From positions 481,524 to 545,523 of the forward strand of contig MEZX01000002.1 of NCBI GenBank assembly GCA_001774395.1: DNA of 64,000 nucleotides, read 5' to 3'. Source of the stretch: Candidatus Berkelbacteria bacterium RIFCSPLOWO2_01_FULL_50_28 (GTDB lineage Bacteria; Patescibacteriota; UBA1384; 2-12-FULL-50-11). The translations under genes and the position numbers were made by a program. This document shows positions 38,035 to 44,903 of this stretch, in pieces. Every line of letters begins with the position of its first letter. Positions within the stretch are counted from its first letter, which is position 1. A model generated the notes under the pieces. It worked only from the letters and a program-made list of their open reading frames with translations, ran no database searches and was not told the origin of the DNA.

Positions 38035-38802
38035 ATGAATCCGTACATTGGTATTACCGACTTCACGACTATCGGTCAGGTTAGGGAGATGATCAAACTG
38101 TTCAGATCGAATCAGCTGAGCGGTTTGAATCGGATGCTCCACGTTGGTGTGATGATGAGCTACAAGACACTCCACGGTATCCCAAGCAAGTGGCAAGCTG
38201 CTTTTCCCGCCAAGGAGAATATCGCCGCCATCTTTGGCCCGTCAATGGCCTATAACTGCCTGCACTACGCGGACTACGACAACAATCCCGATCTCTGGAA
38301 AAGCCTGGACAAGGCAATCTCCTTCGGGGGCTTGTACATCGACGCGCTGCAACTCGACATGGTCTGGCCCGATCCCGGACAGGTCGCGAACGGTGTTGAT
38401 CTGTGCCGCAAGCCCATCGAAGTCATTCTCCAGATCGGCAAGAACGCTCTGGATGAAGTGGACAATGACCCGCGCGCAGTGGTCGGGAAACTGGCCGATT
38501 ACGAAGGCGTGATTCATCGCGTCCTGCTGGACAAATCCATGGGAAAAGGTCTTGGCATGGATGCCGGTGCTCTCATCCCATTTGCTCGAGCGATAAGAGA
38601 AAGATTTCCGACACTCGGCATCGGAGCCGCGGGCGGGCTTGGACCGGAAACGATTCACCTGGTCGAGCCGCTCGTTCGAGAGTTCCCCGACTTGAGTATT
38701 GACGCTCAGGGGAGACTCCGCCCAAGTGGGAATGCTCTCGATCCGATCGACTGGAAGATGGCTGGGACCTATCTCACCAAGGCTCAACAGATCTTCGCCT
38801 GA
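38035..38802 (+). CDS. TrpF-like (phosphoribosylanthranilate isomerase family) TIM-barrel protein. It is an orphan and is GC-rich.
   Basis: The N-terminal IGITDF, LLDKSMGKGLGMDAGAL...LGIGAAGGLGPE and C-terminal DAQGRLRPSGNALDP...KAQQ blocks align with PRAI motifs. A hairpin followed by a T-run lies at 38813-38848. Confidence 0.45.
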   Translation: MNPYIGITDFTTIGQVREMIKLFRSNQLSGLNRMLHVGVMMSYKTLHGIPSKWQAAFPAKENIAAIFGPSMAYNCLHYADYDNNPDLWKSLDKAISFGGLYIDALQLDMVWPDPGQVANGVDLCRKPIEVILQIGKNALDEVDNDPRAVVGKLADYEGVIHRVLLDKSMGKGLGMDAGALIPFARAIRERFPTLGIGAAGGLGPETIHLVEPLVREFPDLSIDAQGRLRPSGNALDPIDWKMAGTYLTKAQQIFA

Positions 38803-38926
38803 CGAGCCGCGAGTCCACCGCCCTACTTCTGCGGGAGTAGGGCCCTTTTCTTGCAAGACTTACTGCTTCTTGCTATTCCACATTTATCTTTCTATTGAAA
38901 ATCCCCTCTCCGGTGAGCGAGAGGGG

Positions 38927-39943
38927 TTAGATTCGGGGGTTATCCGCGCGGGCTTTCCCGTAGACGCCTCGGAGCTGGGGAGGCATCTGCGCCTCAACCT
39001 GAAGGGCGTACCCTTTGATACCTTGATACAGTGCATCGTTATGCGCCTTACCGGCGCAGTGAAGGGCCATTCGCAGATGGCGAAGCTTCTTACGCGGGAT
39101 GTACAGATCACCATCAATGATATGTACCCCGGGAAACCGGAGCGGTACGCCGTTGCGGTTTCCGTTACGAATCGCGACAGTTTTTCGTTCGTTCACCTTA
39201 AAGCCGCTTTTCTCTATGATCCGCCGAATCGCTGAATAAACCGGTCTGTCAACTTCATCATTTTCCCAAGAGAAAACAATGTTATCGACAAACCGTGTCA
39301 CCACGCCACCGACGTTAGAGGCAAGATGCTCCAATCGGGCATCCATCCTTTGGCAGGCGAAGTTGAACAAGGCCGGAGAAGTTGGGGCTCCTTGAGGAAG
39401 CACTAACTTATAGTGAGGAAGTACCTCCTTATAGTCAGAATATATATCCACTAAATCACTGACGATTTCTAGAACAGCCAACTCCATCGGCAAGATATCC
39501 CATGGTTGCTTCCTCTGGCTGCACCATCTTTCGATAACCTCACCATTCGACGTCGTGTAATGGTGGTGGTAAGTCTGGATAAAACTACGGGTGAAGCTGG
39601 CTTGGTTGTAGGCATCTTTCAGGTCGAATCCAACCATGGAGCGAGCTTTACGATGCGGGAAAGCGTTTGACTCGATACCTCGCCCCGCCACACAACCGTG
39701 GGCAATGGGCGAGACGGGAAGACAGCTGAAGTATCTTTTCAGGATGGCTTGTTGGATTGTCACCAGCGGTTCATGGGGGACGTGGATGATTCGTGTTCCA
39801 CCCCCGCTCTTTGGTTGAGCGTAAGAGCCGTAAAACGCAGCGGCTCCGTATTCTAGCACCAAGAACAGCTGGTCAGGAGGCAGGTCGAGACGTCGCGCCA
39901 GCTTGCGGCCGGCGGCGTATTGGCGACCGGTCAAAGTAGGCAT
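38927..39943 (-). CDS. Stand-alone reverse transcriptase of 338 aa, of retron / defence-associated type.
   Basis: RT motifs 1-2 PKSGGGTRIIHVPHEPLVTIQQAIL...SPIAHGCVAGRGIESNA, motif A GFDLKDAY, motif B' LPQGAPTSPALFNFAC, motif C RFVDNIVFS, and KTVAI...LRFPGVHIIDG. There is no maturase/En domain. AAGGAGA RBS. A hairpin followed by a U-run lies at 38878-38915. Confidence 0.8.
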   Translation of the reverse strand: MPTLTGRQYAAGRKLARRLDLPPDQLFLVLEYGAAAFYGSYAQPKSGGGTRIIHVPHEPLVTIQQAILKRYFSCLPVSPIAHGCVAGRGIESNAFPHRKARSMVGFDLKDAYNQASFTRSFIQTYHHHYTTSNGEVIERWCSQRKQPWDILPMELAVLEIVSDLVDIYSDYKEVLPHYKLVLPQGAPTSPALFNFACQRMDARLEHLASNVGGVVTRFVDNIVFSWENDEVDRPVYSAIRRIIEKSGFKVNERKTVAIRNGNRNGVPLRFPGVHIIDGDLYIPRKKLRHLRMALHCAGKAHNDALYQGIKGYALQVEAQMPPQLRGVYGKARADNPRI

Positions 39944-39959
39944 AGTGCGTCTCCTTGAT

Positions 39960-40230
39960 TTGTTAAGGTGGGGGCCACTCGACCCCCGGACTGGCTACTC
40001 GGCTTCAAGCGAGTCGGCAGGACCGCCGCGCGCAATGACATGTACTGTTCTCTCGTCAGACTTCTGACAAGCGAGGCGCGTGTGAAGGCTACTTATCACG
40101 TTTAGCTCGGCTTTCTTCTGAGGCCAAACATTACGCGTGACAGTAATTCCTTAACCGTTTGCCTATATCTAGCCAGGCTACCAGCAAACTACCAGAGGAA
40201 AGATTAATTATCAATATATTATTGGACAAG
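39960..40230 (-). ncRNA. Candidate structured ncRNA upstream of the RT gene, a possible retron msr/msd- or DRT-type template RNA.
   Basis: ~330 bp with no ORF. On the minus strand it contains several hairpins: GGGGG-N8-CCCCC, ACTCG-N8-CGAGT, GTCAGAAGTCTGAC, a CGCGC...GCGCG outer stem, and a CTGGCTA/TAGCCAG terminal inverted repeat. Confidence 0.35.
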
Positions 40231-40282
40231 TCATTTTCTGGTCCACTTCTCAAATTCGCCCTCTCGTAGTACGCTAATATCA

Positions 40283-41311
40283 ATGGCAGAGGGGCAGATT
40301 GTTGTAGTAGACGAGGGTAAGATGCTGGAACGAATTCTTGAATTCCCCAGCCAGTTGGAGCAGTCCTGGGCCGATTTGTGGACGAAAGAGCTCCCCCTGG
40401 ACCCGACTACGATTCACCAGGTGATAATCTGCGGCATGGGAGGATCTGGCATTGCTGGGGTAATTGCGAAAAGCCTTTTTCAGGATTCGGCCACGATTCC
40501 TATTGCCTTCTGGCATGACTACGGTTTACCGATGTACGCTGGGCCTAACACCCTGGTGCTGGCGGTCAGCGACTCTGGTGATACGGAAGAAACCTTAGAT
40601 TCCTTAAGAAAAGCGTTCGAACGAAAATGTCAGATTGTGGTGATTTCTCGCGGCGGCAAAGACAAAGAAGTGGCCCAGAATAACAACATTCAGTTCGTCG
40701 AGGTAAAAATAGATGCCCCTCCCCGAGCGGCTCTTGGTTACCTTTTGGGCTCGGTTCTCGCCGTCTTGACGAAAGCTAAGCTAATTAATCTTACTGAACA
40801 AGCTTACTTTCTGGCTTTAGGAGAGCTGAAGAATGCCATTTCCCAAAAAACTTTTCCCGCCAAGGCGGAAGAGCTAAGTATTAGTCTGAATAATAAGGTG
40901 CCGCTTATTTTAGCATCTGAGCCGTTAAGCGGTGTCGCCAAGAGGTGGCAAAATCAGTTCAACGAAAACTCGAAAACATTTGCCGTCTTTCAGGAGCTGC
41001 CAGAGGCGTGTCATAACGTGATCCAAGGGTTAGATTTCGCCATTGACGAGAAGATAATCGTGTTGAATCTGGTTTCAAATTACGGCTTTTCACGCAATGT
41101 TGCTCGCGGCAAGATCTTGCAACAACTCTTTTCCACCAAGGAGATTCCGTTTGTACCGCTCACAATACGGTCCGGTTCGGCGCTGGCCGAGCAGTTCTTG
41201 TTCAGCCATTTCGGCGATTTGCTTTCCTACTATCTAGCGGGCGTTAACGGTGTCGATCCAACTCCCGTGGAAGATATCGACAAGTTCAAGGAAGGATTAA
41301 TGAAGTTGTAA
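40283..41311 (+). CDS. pgi: Bifunctional phosphoglucose/phosphomannose isomerase (SIS domain, archaeal type).
   Basis: ICGMGGSGIAG...AVSDSGDTEE. An alternative start is MLERIL at 40320, which has a GAGGG RBS. Confidence 0.8.
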   Translation: MAEGQIVVVDEGKMLERILEFPSQLEQSWADLWTKELPLDPTTIHQVIICGMGGSGIAGVIAKSLFQDSATIPIAFWHDYGLPMYAGPNTLVLAVSDSGDTEETLDSLRKAFERKCQIVVISRGGKDKEVAQNNNIQFVEVKIDAPPRAALGYLLGSVLAVLTKAKLINLTEQAYFLALGELKNAISQKTFPAKAEELSISLNNKVPLILASEPLSGVAKRWQNQFNENSKTFAVFQELPEACHNVIQGLDFAIDEKIIVLNLVSNYGFSRNVARGKILQQLFSTKEIPFVPLTIRSGSALAEQFLFSHFGDLLSYYLAGVNGVDPTPVEDIDKFKEGLMKL

Positions 41312-41416
41312 TGCCAAAGATTTCACGAGTTTGGGGACAGGTGATCCACGATTCCAGGGGCGACGATTTCAAGCAGCTTTGCTGCGAAGAATTCAGTTGG
41401 GTGAGGTTGGACTAAG
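41312..41416 (+). other. Upstream ORF of 34 codons created by a tandem duplication of the first ~54 nt of eno.
   Basis: 41313-41366 repeats 41418-41471 with 3 mismatches. It translates to MPKISRVWGQVIHDSRGDDFKQLCCEEFSWVRLD, and its stop overlaps the eno ATG. Confidence 0.5.
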
Positions 41417-42619
41417 ATGGCAAAGATTTCACGAGTTTGGGGACAGGTGATCCACGACTCTAGGGGCGACGACACCGTCCAGGCTTCGGTTCAAGACGAA
41501 CGAGGTCTTATCGCTTCATCCGCCGTTCCGGCAGGAGCTTCCAAGGGAAAGTTCGAAGCCGCGACAGTTGAACCAGCCGCGGCGGTTAGTAACATCAACG
41601 AAATTATCGGCCATGCGCTGGTAAATCGCGACCCAGCCGATCAAGCAGGCATAGATCGCTTCATGATAGAGCTTGACGGAACGTCAAATAAATCTCACTT
41701 GGGGGCTAACGCGATCTTGGGAGTTTCGATGGCAATAACCCGGTTGGCTGCTCTCGAGCAGCAGCTCCCCCTGTACCGCTATATCGGCAAACTCAACAAT
41801 CGTAACGAATTCCATATTCCCATACCGATGATGAATATGATAAATGGCGGCAAACACGCCAACAATAATTTAGATATTCAAGAATTTATGGTCGTACCAG
41901 ATCGCGTTACTGGTTACCATAACCAGCTCTCCGCCGGAAAGATGATTTTTAGCACCCTTGGCACTATTTTGCGCGAAGACCATCTCTCAGTGGCCAACGG
42001 TGACGAGGGTGGTTACGCTCCAAATTTGGATACCAACGAGATGGCGCTCGATTATTTAATGCGGGCCATTAAACAATCTGGCTACCAACCTTGGGATGAA
42101 GTTTCGCTGGCACTGGACGTCGCCGCAAGTAGCCTACCACCAACTTTCGAAGTTACCCCGAGTCGTTTCTTAGGGATATTACGTGATTTCCCCATCCTTT
42201 CCCTGGAGGACCCGTTTGATGAGGAGGACTGGGAGAACTGGGTGAAGTTCTTGTCACAGATGGAACAATCTAACTCCAGCACAAAAAAACTTATGCTGGT
42301 GGGTGACGACCTGTTCGTGACGAACCAAGAAAGACTGCGTAAAGGCATCGAGATGAAAGCGGCCAACGCTATTCTGGTCAAATTAAATCAAATCGGAACC
42401 GTCACTGAAACTCTTGAGGTTTCCGAAATGGCCAAGGACGCTGGTTTTATGACAATCGTTTCCCATCGTTCAGGCGAAACTCTTGACGATTTCATCGCAG
42501 ATTTTTCTGTTGGAACCGGTGCCCAATTCATTAAAACTGGCGCTCCAAACGATACGCATCAAGAGCGGATGACCAAGTACCGCCGTTTGCTGACGATTGA
42601 GCAAGAGTTAGCAGCGTAA
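41417..42619 (+). CDS. eno: Enolase.
   Basis: MAKISRVWGQVIHDSRGDDTVQA... with a canonical enolase architecture. Confidence 0.9.
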   Translation: MAKISRVWGQVIHDSRGDDTVQASVQDERGLIASSAVPAGASKGKFEAATVEPAAAVSNINEIIGHALVNRDPADQAGIDRFMIELDGTSNKSHLGANAILGVSMAITRLAALEQQLPLYRYIGKLNNRNEFHIPIPMMNMINGGKHANNNLDIQEFMVVPDRVTGYHNQLSAGKMIFSTLGTILREDHLSVANGDEGGYAPNLDTNEMALDYLMRAIKQSGYQPWDEVSLALDVAASSLPPTFEVTPSRFLGILRDFPILSLEDPFDEEDWENWVKFLSQMEQSNSSTKKLMLVGDDLFVTNQERLRKGIEMKAANAILVKLNQIGTVTETLEVSEMAKDAGFMTIVSHRSGETLDDFIADFSVGTGAQFIKTGAPNDTHQERMTKYRRLLTIEQELAA

Positions 42620-44194
42620 ATGTCACCGCGGCCCAAACCTGTAGTCCTAGCGGTAATTGACGGCTGGGGAGTTGCACCAACCTGGGGCGGCAACGCTATC
42701 GCCCTGGCCCAAACGCCGTTCTACAACGAAGTGAAGAAAGTATTTCCCAACACAACTCTAGCGGCTTCCGGAGACGCCGTTGGCTTGCCGGCCAAATTCC
42801 ATGGGAATTCTGAGGTGGGACATCTAAACATCGGCACGGGACAGGTTGTGCAACAGTCGTTGCCGGCCATCACCACAGCAATCAGTGACAATAGTTTCTT
42901 TTCCAATCCCGCACTGGTAAACGCTTTCCAACGTATCAATAATACTGATAATTCGGTCCACATCATGGGATTGGCATCTGACGGCGGAATTCACAGTCAC
43001 ATCGACCATCTCTTCGCGCTGCTAGATATGGCGAAACACTGCGGCGTCAAGGATGTCTGTATCCACGTCATCACCGATGGTCGTGATACTTCGCCGTTTG
43101 TTTCCCAACAGTTCTGCGCTCTAATTGATCAGAAAATTGCCGAGGTGGGTATCGGGCGCATTTGTACTGTTTCTGGACGTTACTACGCTATGGATCGTGA
43201 TAATCGCTGGGATAGAATTGAAAAAACGTATCGTGCTATTACCGAGGGCGTTGGTCTGGAGGCGCGCACGCCCGAGGCTGCCATTGCGTCTGCCTATCGA
43301 GACGGATTCTCCGACGAATTTATCGTCCCAACCGTCATCAGAGGTGAAGGCAACAGCTTTCGACCGTTGTCTGATGGGGATTCGCTTATCTTTTTTAATT
43401 TTCGTGGCGATCGAGCGCGAGAAATAACCCAAGCTTTCGTACGACCAAATTTTAAGGAATTTGAGCGAAAAGTGACTATCAGTAGCCTGTATTTTGTTGG
43501 ATTTACTTTCTACCAAGAGGGATTGCCGATCCAAGTCGCTTTTCACCCACGGGATGTGAAGTACCCGCTGGCACGGATACTGTCTGACGCTGGCTTAAAA
43601 CAGTTGCACGTCGCTGAATCAGAAAAATACGCCCACGTAACGTACTTTTTCAACGGTGGGAGAGAAGAGTCGTATCCGCGTGAGGATCGAATCGTTGTAC
43701 CTTCTCCAAAAGTTTCGAGCTACGATCAGACCCCTGCTATGTCGACAACAGAAATCACAGAAACCGTTATCAGCCACATCACTAATTATGACTTCATCCT
43801 GCTTAATTACGCCTGTCCAGATATGATAGGACACACGGGAAATCTGCGAGCGGCCATCCAGGCGGTTGAAGCGGTAGACAAAAGCATGGCGGAGATATTT
43901 AAGACAATTCAAGAGCATGACGGGGTGTTCATTATCACCGCCGATCACGGCAACGTTGAACAGATGGTTAACCCCAAAACTGGAGAGCCCGACACTGAGC
44001 ACACAGGCCACCCGGTGCCGTTCATTGTGGCCAACGACACTCAGGTAACCGCTCTAAGAAGTGGGGGCAAACTATCTGACGTCGCGCCAACTATCCTGCA
44101 GATTATGGGGATTGCAGCTCCTGATGAGATGGAAGGTAAAAGCCTGATTACCTCTCCCACTCCGACTTCGCCAGTAACCACTGCTCCCGTCTAA
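42620..44194 (+). CDS. gpmI: 2,3-bisphosphoglycerate-independent phosphoglycerate mutase.
   Basis: VIDGWG...SEVGHLNIGTG...ITADHGN. Confidence 0.9.
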   Translation: MSPRPKPVVLAVIDGWGVAPTWGGNAIALAQTPFYNEVKKVFPNTTLAASGDAVGLPAKFHGNSEVGHLNIGTGQVVQQSLPAITTAISDNSFFSNPALVNAFQRINNTDNSVHIMGLASDGGIHSHIDHLFALLDMAKHCGVKDVCIHVITDGRDTSPFVSQQFCALIDQKIAEVGIGRICTVSGRYYAMDRDNRWDRIEKTYRAITEGVGLEARTPEAAIASAYRDGFSDEFIVPTVIRGEGNSFRPLSDGDSLIFFNFRGDRAREITQAFVRPNFKEFERKVTISSLYFVGFTFYQEGLPIQVAFHPRDVKYPLARILSDAGLKQLHVAESEKYAHVTYFFNGGREESYPREDRIVVPSPKVSSYDQTPAMSTTEITETVISHITNYDFILLNYACPDMIGHTGNLRAAIQAVEAVDKSMAEIFKTIQEHDGVFIITADHGNVEQMVNPKTGEPDTEHTGHPVPFIVANDTQVTALRSGGKLSDVAPTILQIMGIAAPDEMEGKSLITSPTPTSPVTTAPV

Positions 44195-44309
44195 CCTGCT
44201 GTTGTCTAGGCAACCAAACCTACAAAAGGTAAAATGTTAAAGGTAACAAAAGTGAATATTGTCTTGTAAATTGAAAATTGTTACTTGAGAACTCCGCCTT
44301 CGGCGGCAA

Positions 44310-44382
44310 GGGCCGTTAGCTCATTTGGTAGAGCGCATCCATGGCATGGATGAGGTGACCGGTTCGATCCCGGTACGGTCCA
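44310..44382 (+). tRNA. tRNA-Ala (anticodon GGC).
   Basis: GGGCCGTTAGCTCATTTGGTAGAGC...CATCCATGGCATGGATG...CCGGTTCGATCCCGGTACGGTCCA with a G3:U70 pair. Confidence 0.8.
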
Positions 44383-44532
44383 CAACAGAAAACGAAGTGC
44401 TTCGTTGTGGGACGGGAGGGAATGAGCGTAGCGAGTATCCCGGTACGGTCCACAGAAAACCAGTCTTTCAGCTCAGTACAACACACAAATACCGCTGTGA
44501 AGCGGTACTGTGTCTCATCGAGCTCGATGAAA

Positions 44533-44742
44533 TTACATAGAAGGTGCGTCTGACTTCGACCCCTTCATGAAGGCGCTTATCAAGCTCCAAAGAGCCGCAA
44601 GGCCAACAATGATGTAGACGATCTGGGCGAAAGTATCACCCAACTTCGCGACGAAGTTCCACTCTGCGTTGATACCAATCAAACCCCAGTTTAGACCACC
44701 TACAAACAGGAAGAACCACACTACCCAATCAAATCCTTTCAT
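44533..44742 (-). CDS. DUF378 family small membrane protein.
   Basis: GGLNWGLIG motif. Confidence 0.7.
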   Translation of the reverse strand: MKGFDWVVWFFLFVGGLNWGLIGINAEWNFVAKLGDTFAQIVYIIVGLAALWSLISAFMKGSKSDAPSM

Positions 44743-44903
44743 TCCTCTCACCTCCTTCCCCAACTCATATTATTACTATGACATAATTACGTCGCCTGGC
44801 TAGGTTTTTGTCAACCCCTCAACGCCGTTCTGGGTTGACCTTGGGCATTCGAAAGGTCAAGAGCCGTTGCCCAACTGCCCCCTCAAGAGCTAACATAGGA
44901 CAG

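Noticed and set aside
38927-39943. The RT as a group II intron maturase or a DGR reverse transcriptase.
   Set aside because: At 338 aa it is too short for a maturase and has no X/En domains. Motif 4 is QGxxxSP, not the DGR-type xGxxxSQ. No template/variable repeat pair is visible nearby.
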